A stretch of DNA of 32,000 nucleotides from an uncultured Actinomycetes bacterium (GTDB lineage Bacteria > Actinomycetota > Actinomycetes > S36-B12 > CAIYMF01): assembly GCA_963843975.1 (NCBI GenBank), contig CAWJMG010000003.1, positions 720,001-752,000 of the forward strand, given 5' to 3'. The first letter of the stretch is position 1, and each line of letters opens with the position of its first letter. Below the pieces are notes generated by a model that worked only from the letters and a program-made list of their open reading frames with translations, did no database searches and was not told the DNA's origin. Shown one piece after another: positions 14,756 to 22,936 of this stretch. The translations under genes were made by a program, and so were the position numbers.

Positions 14756-15196
14756 CTACAGGGCCGGTGGGCGGTTCTCGTACGGCGTGGAGAGCACGAC
14801 GCTGGTACGCGTGGAGACGTTGGCCTTGGCCCGGATCTCGGCCAGCAGCAGCTCGAGGTCGGCGGGGCTGCCCACCCTCACCTTGAGCACGTACGACTCG
14901 TCGCCGGCCACCGAGTGGCAGGCCTCGATCGCCGAGACCTCCTCGAGCCGCGCCGGCGCGTCGTCGGGCGCGGCGGGGTCGATCGGCTTGATCGAGATGA
15001 GGGCGGTGAGCGGGAGCCCGAGCTGGTCGTGGTCGACCACGATGGTGTAGCCCTTGATGACGCCGCGCTGCTCGAGCCGGCGGACGCGCTGGTGCACGGC
15101 GGACGTCGAGAGACCGGTGGCCTTGCCGAGGTCGGTGTACGACATGCGGCCGTCGCCGGCCAGCAGGCGCACGATCGCCTGGTCGATCTCCTCCAC
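14756..15196 (-). CDS. lrp: Lrp/AsnC-family transcriptional regulator (LrpA-like)
   Basis: Closely resembles M. tuberculosis LrpA as I recall it (EEIDQAIVRLLAGDGRMSYTDLGKATGLSTSAVHQRVRRLEQRGVIKGY...DDAPARLEEVSAIEACHSVAGDESYVLKVRV). The track start is GTG 15247, but a TAGGTT hexamer (15248..15253) abuts that codon. I therefore favour GTG 15196. Start uncertain. Confidence 0.8.
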   Translation of the reverse strand: MEEIDQAIVRLLAGDGRMSYTDLGKATGLSTSAVHQRVRRLEQRGVIKGYTIVVDHDQLGLPLTALISIKPIDPAAPDDAPARLEEVSAIEACHSVAGDESYVLKVRVGSPADLELLLAEIRAKANVSTRTSVVLSTPYENRPPAL

Positions 15197-15298
15197 GAAC
15201 GCACAGCCCTTCGTCCCGACCGGCCCGCACGACCGGATCTCCGGCACAACCTACCGAGAGGCGCACGGATGTCCCGCAGGATCCCCGGATCGTGACCA

Positions 15299-15320
15299 CT
15301 ACCGGCCGGTACGGCGGTAG
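15299..15320 (-). terminator. GC hairpin after the acyl-CoA dehydrogenase gene
   Basis: CTACCG-g-CCG-gta-CGG-CGGTAG, 8 nt beyond the stop. No U-tract follows. Confidence 0.25.
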
Positions 15321-15327
15321 GACGCCC

Positions 15328-16485
15328 TCAGGAGGTCAGGGACCGCCCGATCACCATGCGCTGGACCTGGTTGGTGCCCTCGACGATCTGCAGCACCTTC
15401 GCCTCGCGCATGTACCGCTCGACGGGGAAGTCCTCGACGTAGCCGTAGCCGCCGAACACCTGCACGGCGTCGGTCGTCACCCGCATCGCCGCGTCGGTGG
15501 CGAAGAGCTTGGCCTTGGCGGCCTCGACCGAGAACGGCATCCCGCGGTCCTTGCGACGCGCGGCCTCGAGCACCAGGGCTCGCGCCGCCGACACCTGGGT
15601 AGCCATGTCCGCGAGCATGAACGAGATGCCCTGGAAGTCGCCGATAGCGCGGCCAAACTGACGCCGCTCCTTCGCGTACGCCGACGCCGCATCCACTGCA
15701 GCCTGGGCCAGACCGACGGCGCAGGCCGCGATCCCGAGCCGCCCAGCATCCAGTGCAGCGAGCGCGATCTTGAAGCCCTGGCCCTCGACGCCGACCAGCT
15801 GCGACGCCGGCACCCGCGCGGAGTCGAGCAGCACCTGCGCGGTGCGCGAGGCCTTCGTGCCCATCTTGCGCTCGGGCGGGGCGCTGGACAGACCGTCCGT
15901 GTCGGCCGAGGCGACCAGGCACGAGATGCCGCGGGCGCCGTCGTCCGACGTGCGCACCATGAGGTTGTAGAAGTCGGCCACTCCCCCGTGGGTGATCCAC
16001 GCCTTGGTGCCGTTGACGACGTAGTCGTCGCCCTCGCGCACTGCGCGGGTCACCAGCGCAGCGGCGTCCGAGCCGGACGACGGCTCCGAGAGGCAGTAGG
16101 CGCCCAGCTGATCGCCGCCCAGCATCCCCGGCAGCCACTGCGCCTTCTGCTCGTCGGTGCCGTACTCGGCGACCGGGAAGCACGCGAGCGAGTGCACCGA
16201 CACCGAGATCGCCACCGACAGCCACGCGCCGGCGAGCTCCTCGAGCACCTGCAGGTAGACCTCGTACGGCTGGCCGCCGCCTCCGATCTCCTCGGCGTAC
16301 GGCAGCGAGAGCAGTCCGGCCGCGCCGAGAGTGCGCAGCTCGTCACGGAAGAAGGTGCCGTCGTGCTCGTACTGCGCCACCTTCGGCGCGAGCTCGGCGT
16401 CCGCGATCTCGCGGACGAGGTCGAGCAGCGCCACCGACTCGTCGGTGGGCAGCATCCGGGAGGCGGGCGTCACAGAGAGGGCCAC
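15328..16485 (-). CDS. acyl-CoA dehydrogenase (short-chain / butyryl-CoA dehydrogenase-like)
   Basis: 385 aa with ACAD signatures: GAYCLSEPSSGSDA, VVNGTKAWITHGG, FGGYGY, VLQIVEGTNQVQRMVIGR. Confidence 0.9.
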   Translation of the reverse strand: MALSVTPASRMLPTDESVALLDLVREIADAELAPKVAQYEHDGTFFRDELRTLGAAGLLSLPYAEEIGGGGQPYEVYLQVLEELAGAWLSVAISVSVHSLACFPVAEYGTDEQKAQWLPGMLGGDQLGAYCLSEPSSGSDAAALVTRAVREGDDYVVNGTKAWITHGGVADFYNLMVRTSDDGARGISCLVASADTDGLSSAPPERKMGTKASRTAQVLLDSARVPASQLVGVEGQGFKIALAALDAGRLGIAACAVGLAQAAVDAASAYAKERRQFGRAIGDFQGISFMLADMATQVSAARALVLEAARRKDRGMPFSVEAAKAKLFATDAAMRVTTDAVQVFGGYGYVEDFPVERYMREAKVLQIVEGTNQVQRMVIGRSLTS

Positions 16486-17601
16486 CTAGACCACCTCCAG
16501 CTCGCGCGGGCGCAGGTTGACGCGCTCGCCGGCGGACTCGCCGCACACCACGATGTCCTCGATGCGCGCGCCGTGCTGCCCCGGCAGGTAGATGCCCGGC
16601 TCGATCGAGAAGGCCATGCCCGGCTCGAGCACCTCGGTGTTGCCGGTGACGATGTACGGCTCCTCGTGGGTCTCGAGGCCGATGCCGTGACCGGTGCGGT
16701 GCACGAAGTACTCGCCGTACCCAGCGGCCTCGATCACCGAGCGCGCGGCGGCATCGACCGACTCGCAGGTGACGCCGGGGCGCACGTGCTCGCAGGCCGC
16801 GACCTGCGCTGCGAGGAGCACCTCGTAGTACGCCGCGAACTCCGCCGGCGGCTCGCCCACGGAGTAGGTGCGCGTCTCGTCCGAGCAGTAGCCGTCGGGC
16901 ATGGTGCCGCCTATGTCGACGACGACGGGCTCCCCCGCCTGGATCACGCGGTCGGACAGCTCGTGGTGCGGGCTTGCACCGTTCGGGCCGCTGCCCACGA
17001 TGACGAAGTCGACCGTCACGTGCCCCTCGGCGATGATCGCGTCGGCGATGTCCTTGCCCACCTCGCGCTCTGTGCGGCCGGCACGCAGCCACTGCGGCAC
17101 CTGGGCGTGCACGCGGTCGATGGCTGCACCGGCACGGCGCAGAGCCTCGACCTCGTCGGGCGTCTTGCGCATCCGCAGCTCGCGCAGAACGGTGCCCGCG
17201 AGCATCTGGTCGACGCCCGGCATGGCCGCGCGCAGGCGCAGCACCTTCTCAGCCCACATGTGGTTGTCCAGCGCCGCGCGACCGCGCTCGGGCAGCAGCG
17301 ACCCGACCAGCGCGAAGGGGTCGTCGGTCTCGTGCCAGGTGAGTATCTCGATGCCGAGGTCGCCGATCGGGCTGGCCAGCGCGGCCGGCTTCTCCAGGAA
17401 CGGCACCACGATCGTGGGGTCGCCGTCGGCGCGCAGCACCAGGCAGGTGAGGCGCTCGAGCGGGATCGCGTCGTACCCGGTGAGGTAGCGCAGGTCGGGC
17501 CCGGGGCTCACGAGGAGGGCGTCGACCTCCTGCGCTGCGGTGGCGCGCTGGGCACGCTCGAGGCGGTCGGAGAGGTCGCTGATCGGCGGGTGGTTGCTCA
17601 C
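16486..17601 (-). CDS. M24-family Xaa-Pro dipeptidase/aminopeptidase
   Basis: C-terminal 371 aa of the track ORF: VSNHPPISDLSDRLERAQ...DIGGTMPDGYCSDETRT...HRTGHGIGLETHEEPYI...FSIEPGIY...ARIEDIV. GTG start at 17601. Confidence 0.85.
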   Translation of the reverse strand: MSNHPPISDLSDRLERAQRATAAQEVDALLVSPGPDLRYLTGYDAIPLERLTCLVLRADGDPTIVVPFLEKPAALASPIGDLGIEILTWHETDDPFALVGSLLPERGRAALDNHMWAEKVLRLRAAMPGVDQMLAGTVLRELRMRKTPDEVEALRRAGAAIDRVHAQVPQWLRAGRTEREVGKDIADAIIAEGHVTVDFVIVGSGPNGASPHHELSDRVIQAGEPVVVDIGGTMPDGYCSDETRTYSVGEPPAEFAAYYEVLLAAQVAACEHVRPGVTCESVDAAARSVIEAAGYGEYFVHRTGHGIGLETHEEPYIVTGNTEVLEPGMAFSIEPGIYLPGQHGARIEDIVVCGESAGERVNLRPRELEVV

Positions 17602-17608
17602 GACGGCG

Positions 17609-17614
17609 ACCCTA
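17609..17614 (-). promoter_or_regulatory. -10 hexamer TAGGGT placed for a leaderless peptidase transcript
   Basis: The minus strand reads ggcgTAGGGTcgccgtcGTG, with 7 nt between the hexamer and the start codon. No SD is present. Confidence 0.4.
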
Positions 17615-17647
17615 CGCCGAGGGGCGCCTCCTGACAGACTGCACCGC

Positions 17648-17989
17648 GTGTGGGTCACTCCGGACGGCGTCGCGCACGTCCTCTCCCTGCCCGAGCCTGC
17701 CGAGGTGCTCACCCCGGCGGCGCTGAGGACGTACGCCGCACTCGTCGCGGCGAGCGAGCGCGAGGACCTCGAGCTGGCGCTCGACGACCGGCTGCTCGCC
17801 CTCTCCGACACCGGGTTCGAGCCGGACCCCGACGGCCTGTTCGTGGAGCGGGCGCCCGCGGAGGGCCTGCTGGACGGCGACCTCAGCACCCTGGCCGGCC
17901 TCGACGCCGCCCTGGCCCCGATCGACCCGCGCTGGCAGGTCGACCTCCTCTACGCGTTGCACGCGCTCCTGGCGCTTCCCCAGGGCTGA
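17648..17989 (+). CDS. hypothetical protein
   Basis: High-GC3 frame encoding an acidic Leu/Ala-rich 113-aa product (VWVTPDGVAHVLSLPEPAEVLTPAALRTYAAL...). Start set at GTG 17648 to avoid overlapping the divergent peptidase gene. No recognisable domain. Confidence 0.45.
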   Translation: MWVTPDGVAHVLSLPEPAEVLTPAALRTYAALVAASEREDLELALDDRLLALSDTGFEPDPDGLFVERAPAEGLLDGDLSTLAGLDAALAPIDPRWQVDLLYALHALLALPQG

Positions 17990-18007
17990 CGACTCAGGCG
18001 CGACGCC

Positions 18008-18391
18008 TCAGGACGCGATCTCCCACAGGTGCCCGGCCGGGTCGCGGAACGTCGCCGTCGTCGGCCCCCACGGCCGCACCTCGGGGCCACGCAGCAGCAC
18101 CGTCCCTGCGGCGACGATCCGCTCGGCAACGGCCGTGACGTCGTCCACGGTCAGCGTGAGCTGGAACCGCACCCCTGCCGACGCGTCCCCGACAGCCGCC
18201 GGACCGACGAGGTCGTCAGCCTCGGACACGACGAGGTAGTTCAGCATCAGGTCGCCGATCCGGTAGACCACGCTGTCGGAGTCCTCGTACGCCACAGGAA
18301 GCTCGACGACGTCGGCGAAGAAGACCTTCACCGCGTCGAGGTCCTCCGCGAACAGGGTGATGGCGTCCACGCTGCTGGCCCAGCTGGTCAT
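18008..18391 (-). CDS. VOC / glyoxalase-bleomycin resistance family protein
   Basis: 127 aa with the typical C-terminus RPWGPTTATFRDPAGHLWEI. A GAGGAGGAG SD lies upstream. Confidence 0.8.
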   Translation of the reverse strand: MTSWASSVDAITLFAEDLDAVKVFFADVVELPVAYEDSDSVVYRIGDLMLNYLVVSEADDLVGPAAVGDASAGVRFQLTLTVDDVTAVAERIVAAGTVLLRGPEVRPWGPTTATFRDPAGHLWEIAS

Positions 18392-18489
18392 GGCTCCTCC
18401 TCGGCGCGCACCGGGGGCGGGCGCAGGAGGCGCACGCTACCCCGGCCGACGACGAGCTCGGACCACGCCACGCACGTCGGACGCCGACG

Positions 18490-19431
18490 TCACGGGATCG
18501 GCTTGGCGGGCACCGGGCATCCGGACATCGCGTGCATGGCCGCGAGGTCGGCGTCGGTGAAGCCGTCGACCTTCGACGTGAACGAGCGCGCGATTCCGCT
18601 CGACGGTGCGATGCCCCCTCCGACCCCGGTCATCCGCGCGACCATGAGCCGTGCTGCGCGTCGTGCCTGCAGCGGACTGGTGCCCAGCGTCTGCCCGTAC
18701 GCGACGAGCTTCCAGCGGCGCATGTGCTCGTAGCGGCCGTCGGCGCTGAGGACGGTCGTGAACGTCCCCCCGAGCCCCTGGGGCCTCCCGACGTCGTTGG
18801 GCGGCGGCGTCGCCGTGCTGTAGCTGACGGGGACGACGATCCACGACGACGGAGGACCCGCCAGCGACTTCTCGGGAGGCGACGTCCCCGCGCGCACGGC
18901 GGCGACGTTGAGCCCGTCGTGCCGGGCTGTCTCGACGACCGCGCGCACCTGCTTGCTCATCGCGGCCGGCATGGCCGGATCGAGGGCGAGCACGACTGCG
19001 GCGCACTCATACCCCCAGGGCGCGGTGGCGGCGATGGGGCGACCGTGGATCCCGAGGGAGGTTGTGTATCCGGTCAGCGCCGGGACGTTGGCCGGGTCGT
19101 ACGCGCTGCCCACCCGCACGGGATCGGGATCCCCGGTCGTCATCCGCAGCGCGTTCACTGCGCCCACGGTGACGAGGATGCCGAGCAGCACCAGCAGGAC
19201 GACGAGGCGCATCGGCACGCTGCGCTGCGGCGGCGGCATCCGGCGCGACGGCGGCGGTGCAGCGAACGGGTTCACCGCGCCCTGCGGGTCGGTCCACGGA
19301 TACGGCGCTGACGGCGGCGGCGGAGGTGCGGCGCCATAGGGCGGAGGGGGTGCCGAGCCGTAGGGCGGAGGCGGCGGCGTGTACGGGCTCCGCTGACGCG
19401 ACGACCCGGGATCCGGCATCTGATGACTCAC
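18490..19431 (-). CDS. proline-rich single-pass membrane protein, unknown function
   Basis: N-terminal tail with PPPPPYGSAPPPPYGAAPPPPP repeats, one TM helix (LVVLLVLLGILVTVGAV), then an extracytoplasmic domain of about 220 aa. Start ambiguous: GTG 19431, ATG 19419 or GTG 19491. Confidence 0.55.
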   Translation of the reverse strand: MSHQMPDPGSSRQRSPYTPPPPPYGSAPPPPYGAAPPPPPSAPYPWTDPQGAVNPFAAPPPSRRMPPPQRSVPMRLVVLLVLLGILVTVGAVNALRMTTGDPDPVRVGSAYDPANVPALTGYTTSLGIHGRPIAATAPWGYECAAVVLALDPAMPAAMSKQVRAVVETARHDGLNVAAVRAGTSPPEKSLAGPPSSWIVVPVSYSTATPPPNDVGRPQGLGGTFTTVLSADGRYEHMRRWKLVAYGQTLGTSPLQARRAARLMVARMTGVGGGIAPSSGIARSFTSKVDGFTDADLAAMHAMSGCPVPAKPIP

Positions 19432-19522
19432 GTGCACCCCCGTGCTTCGGCGAGCACCGGGACCGGCGCCGCACCTCACGCCTATCGGCACCGGGGGGCC
19501 CCCGCTGAAGGCCGCCGCGATC

Positions 19523-19528
19523 TAGGGT
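19523..19528 (+). promoter_or_regulatory. -10 hexamer TAGGGT placed for a leaderless exonuclease transcript
   Basis: gatcTAGGGTgaccgcGTG, with 6 nt between the hexamer and the GTG at 19535. No SD is present. Confidence 0.4.
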
Positions 19529-19534
19529 GACCGC

Positions 19535-20461
19535 GTGGCCGACAAGCTGATGCTGCTCGACTCCGCGTCCCTGTACTTCCGCGCGTTCTACGGCGTGAAG
19601 GAGGATGTCGTCTCCCCGGACGGCATCCCGGTGAACGCTGTGCGCGGGTTCCTCGACTCGATCGCGCGCCTCGTGTCCGACCACGGCCCGACGCACCTGG
19701 TGGCCTGCTGGGACGACGACTGGCGGCCGGCGTTCCGCACCGACGCGATCCCGTCGTACAAGGCGCACCGCGTGGTCGACCCGGCGCTCAACGAGGAGGA
19801 GGTGCCGGACACCCTCGAGCCGCAGGTGCCGGTGATCGCCGACGTCCTCGCGGCGCTCGGGATCGCGCGCATCGGATCGCCGGGCTACGAGGCCGACGAC
19901 GTGATCGGCGCGCTGGCCGTGCACGCCACCATGCCCGTCGACGTCGTCACCGGAGACCGCGACCTGTTCCAGCTCGTCGACGACGACCGCGGGGTCCGGA
20001 TCATCTACACGGCCAAGGGCGGCGTCGGTCGCCCCGACCTCGTCACCGAGGGCTTCGTCGAGGCGAAGTACGGCATCCCGGGCCGGTCGTACGCCGACTT
20101 CGCCGCGCTGCGCGGCGACCCGTCCGACGGCCTGCCCGGAGTGCCGGGCGTGGGCGAGAAGACCGCGGCGCAGCTGATCACGACGTACGGCTCGCTGGCG
20201 GCGGTGATCGCGGCGGCCGAGGCGGGCGACCCCGCGGTGCGGGCCACCGTGCACGCCAAGATCCTCGCGGCGGCGGACTACCTGGCCGTCGCGCCGCTCG
20301 TGGTCAACGTGGCTGTCGATGCACCCGTGGCGCCGCACGACCCGACGCTGCACGCCGACCCTGCGGACCCCGACGCGCTGACCTATCTCACCGAGCGCTG
20401 GGGTCTCACCAGCTCGGTCGACCGCCTGCTGAAGGCTCTGCGCCGCAACGCGGCCGCGTAG
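19535..20461 (+). CDS. 5'-3' exonuclease (FEN / Pol I N-terminal-domain-like)
   Basis: 308 aa with a PIN-like N-domain (LMLLDSASLYFRAFYG...TGDRDLFQLV) and an H3TH (GDPSDGLPGVPGVGEKTAAQLI). Confidence 0.9.
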   Translation: MADKLMLLDSASLYFRAFYGVKEDVVSPDGIPVNAVRGFLDSIARLVSDHGPTHLVACWDDDWRPAFRTDAIPSYKAHRVVDPALNEEEVPDTLEPQVPVIADVLAALGIARIGSPGYEADDVIGALAVHATMPVDVVTGDRDLFQLVDDDRGVRIIYTAKGGVGRPDLVTEGFVEAKYGIPGRSYADFAALRGDPSDGLPGVPGVGEKTAAQLITTYGSLAAVIAAAEAGDPAVRATVHAKILAAADYLAVAPLVVNVAVDAPVAPHDPTLHADPADPDALTYLTERWGLTSSVDRLLKALRRNAAA

Positions 20462-20470
20462 GCCGGAGCG

Positions 20471-21136
20471 TCAGGAGGCCGACGCTGAGGGCGAGGCCGA
20501 CGCCGGCGCCGACGGGCCGGCCTTGCCGATGCCCGCAGCCGCCATGTACGTGACCGCCAGACGCTGCGCGGCCTCGGTGCCCGCCGACCAGACGAGCACC
20601 ATGTCCTCGCCGGTCAGGAAGCCGACCGCCGTGATCTGGGAGTTCCGCGCCTGCTCCACCTGAGCGACGGGGATGCCGTTGAGCGTGCCGGTGGTGGCGT
20701 CCTTGCCCCCGAAGCCGCCGACCATGAACGTCAGCAGCTGCGCCTTGGTCGAGACGGGCACGTCCTCGCGGAAGCGCCACAGCTGCACGCCGCCGACCTC
20801 GCTGCCGGCGTAGACGAGCTGGCGCGCCACCGCACCGGAGAAGACCCGCGCGACGGTGTCGTTGGTGCCCTGCGACGCGACCTGGGAGTCCTGCCCGTCG
20901 GCCGCCACGTAGGCGAAGTTCGGGAGGATCGCGAGCTCGGACTCGGGCAGGATCACGAACGGGTTGACCGTGTTCGACGACGACGGCGCAGCCGAGGCCG
21001 TGGTGGAGCCCGAGGGCTGGGCCGAGGTGGGCGAGGAGCTGTCGGACGGCGCGACGTCGCCGCTCGAGCTGCTGCAGCCGGTCAGGGCGAGCACGCCGGT
21101 CAGGACGACGCCGACGACGGCGGTGGGACGGAGCAC
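20471..21136 (-). CDS. lipoprotein, unknown function
   Basis: Signal peptide with lipobox VLALTGC, followed by a Ser/Thr/Pro-rich linker. GTG 21136 is preceded by a GAGGAGG SD at 7 nt. The track ORF starts further upstream. Confidence 0.65.
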   Translation of the reverse strand: MLRPTAVVGVVLTGVLALTGCSSSSGDVAPSDSSSPTSAQPSGSTTASAAPSSSNTVNPFVILPESELAILPNFAYVAADGQDSQVASQGTNDTVARVFSGAVARQLVYAGSEVGGVQLWRFREDVPVSTKAQLLTFMVGGFGGKDATTGTLNGIPVAQVEQARNSQITAVGFLTGEDMVLVWSAGTEAAQRLAVTYMAAAGIGKAGPSAPASASPSASAS

Positions 21137-21231
21137 GGACGGACCTCCTCGGGGTCCCGTCACGCTACCCCGGCAGCACGGCATCCCTGGAATCGGTGTC
21201 ACGGCGGCGTCACGACGCGGTCAGCGCGAGG

Positions 21232-21777
21232 TCACGGCCGTTCGTGGGCGAGCATCGCCCAGATCGCGAGGTCGCCCCACTCGCCCTTGAACCACGACTC
21301 CTCGCGCAGGTGAGCCTCCTGCCGCATGCCCAGAGCGGCGCAGAGGCGTGCCGACCGCTCGTTGCGCGGGTCGAGCGCCGCGTGGACGCGGTGCGCACCC
21401 AGGACGTCGAACGCGGCGTCCCGCAACGCCGCCGCCGACTCCAGCGCGAACCCCTGCCCCTGCACGTCGGGGTGGAAGACCCACCCGATCTCAGCCTGCG
21501 CGTCCTGCAGCGCGCCCCACTTCAGCGTGAGGTCCCCGATCACGCGCCCGTCGAGCTCGACCACGAGGTGCACCCAGGCGCGGTCGGCCTCGACCGCGGT
21601 CATCGCTGCGCGCTCCACGACCATCTCGGCGATCCGCTCGCGTGGCTGCGGGCCGAACAACAGCCAGCGTGTGACGTCCTCTCGACTCCGGTAGGCGTGG
21701 ATGTCGTCGACGTCGCCGGTGGCCCACGCACGAAGGACGAGCCGTTCGGTGCGCAGCGGCAGGGGGACGACGGGCAT
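21232..21777 (-). CDS. GNAT-family N-acetyltransferase (RimJ/RimL-like)
   Basis: 181 aa: LRTERLVLRAW...IGWVFHPDVQGQGFA...AHRVHAALDPRNERSARLCAALGM. Confidence 0.85.
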   Translation of the reverse strand: MPVVPLPLRTERLVLRAWATGDVDDIHAYRSREDVTRWLLFGPQPRERIAEMVVERAAMTAVEADRAWVHLVVELDGRVIGDLTLKWGALQDAQAEIGWVFHPDVQGQGFALESAAALRDAAFDVLGAHRVHAALDPRNERSARLCAALGMRQEAHLREESWFKGEWGDLAIWAMLAHERP

Positions 21778-21831
21778 GCGTGCAGCCTGCCACGCGCCGG
21801 GGCGGCGAGGTGCTCGTCGAGGCGCCGAGGC

Positions 21832-22863
21832 TCAGAGCGCGTACGCGTCCAGCGCGTACGAGGAGGAACCCGTAGCCCCAGGAGCACCCGTGACCGTCTC
21901 GACGACCACCTGGAGCACCGTGACCGACCCGACCACCGCAGAGGTGGAGTCGGCAGCCGGGTCGGGCGCGGTCAGCGCCTTCGCCACGTCGGCCGGGAGC
22001 TCGGCGGCGTACACCGTCGGTCCGAGGTCGGCCGTGCAGGCGGTGTCGGCCGGCTGCGTGTCGTCGACCTCGACGACGGCACGGATGACGGCCGCTGCGC
22101 GCCCGGAGGGCTCGGTGGCCGGCTCGAGTCGCAGCGTCCTCGGCACCTGCGGGCAGGACGACGACCCCCAGAGCCCGAGCACGAGCGAGGCACCCGTGCC
22201 ACGGCGGACCACGGCCGCCTGACCGCTGCCCTGGGCGGGCATCGGCATGTCCGCGGGCCAGGCGACCCCTGACGGCAGTGACGAGGGCTTCCAGGATCCG
22301 TCGTCGGCAGGCGTGGTGGCGCCGTCCGTCGCCGATGAGAAGCTGACCGTGTAGCCCATCTCGTCGTCGGCCGCGTTGGCGATCGCGTCGATGTAGATGC
22401 GCAGCGGCACACCCCGGCTGTCATAGGTCACCGAGATCGAGGCGGCATCCTTCGCGTCGGCGATGACCGTGTGCAGGTCCTCGACGGTCCGGGGGAACCC
22501 CTCGAGCACCGGGTCCGTGGCCGCGCCGCCTGTGTTGTCGACGTCGATCGGCGTCTGGGCGACGGCCTTCCCGCCCTTCACCGTGACGTCGAGACCGATC
22601 CGACGGCAGAAGCACGACGGCACGATCATCAGCCGGTACTCCCCCGTGCGCCCGGCGTACGCCGCCCACGCGGCCTGCGCGGCGGCCAGGGAGGTGATCG
22701 CCGCGGGGGCCGAGGGCGACGGCGTCCCCGTGCCTCCGGAGCCGCCCGGTCCCGTCTGGGTGCCGCAGGCGGAGAGCAGCAGGGCTCCCGAGACGAGCAG
22801 GGCAGGGAGGGCCGCGCGGCGGACGGCGGCAGGGCGCAGGGCGGTGAGCGGCGAGCGGGTCAT
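21832..22863 (-). CDS. lipoprotein with DUF6174-like N-domain
   Basis: Lipobox LLLSACG. YRLMIVPSCFCR...VTYDSRGVPLRIYIDAIANAADDEMGY resembles DUF6174. The C-terminal half is Cys-containing and unassigned. GGGAGG SD present. Confidence 0.65.
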   Translation of the reverse strand: MTRSPLTALRPAAVRRAALPALLVSGALLLSACGTQTGPGGSGGTGTPSPSAPAAITSLAAAQAAWAAYAGRTGEYRLMIVPSCFCRRIGLDVTVKGGKAVAQTPIDVDNTGGAATDPVLEGFPRTVEDLHTVIADAKDAASISVTYDSRGVPLRIYIDAIANAADDEMGYTVSFSSATDGATTPADDGSWKPSSLPSGVAWPADMPMPAQGSGQAAVVRRGTGASLVLGLWGSSSCPQVPRTLRLEPATEPSGRAAAVIRAVVEVDDTQPADTACTADLGPTVYAAELPADVAKALTAPDPAADSTSAVVGSVTVLQVVVETVTGAPGATGSSSYALDAYAL

Positions 22864-22911
22864 GCGACGGCCTCCCGGGTCGAGCCGGCCTGCGCCGACG
22901 CCCCTGTGACG

Positions 22912-22929
22912 CCGCTCACGCGGGAGCGG
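22912..22929 (-). terminator. small hairpin after helY
   Basis: CCGCTC-n6-GAGCGG, 8 nt beyond the helY stop. No U-tract follows. Confidence 0.2.
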
Positions 22930-22936
22930 TTCCGCG

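Noticed and set aside
15292-17634. 780-aa plus-strand ORF
   Set aside because: It lies antisense to the acyl-CoA dehydrogenase and M24 peptidase genes. It has the same high-GC shadow-ORF composition.
19007-20353. 448-aa minus-strand ORF
   Set aside because: It lies antisense to the 5'-3' exonuclease gene and out of frame with the proline-rich protein gene. It contains no recognisable domains.
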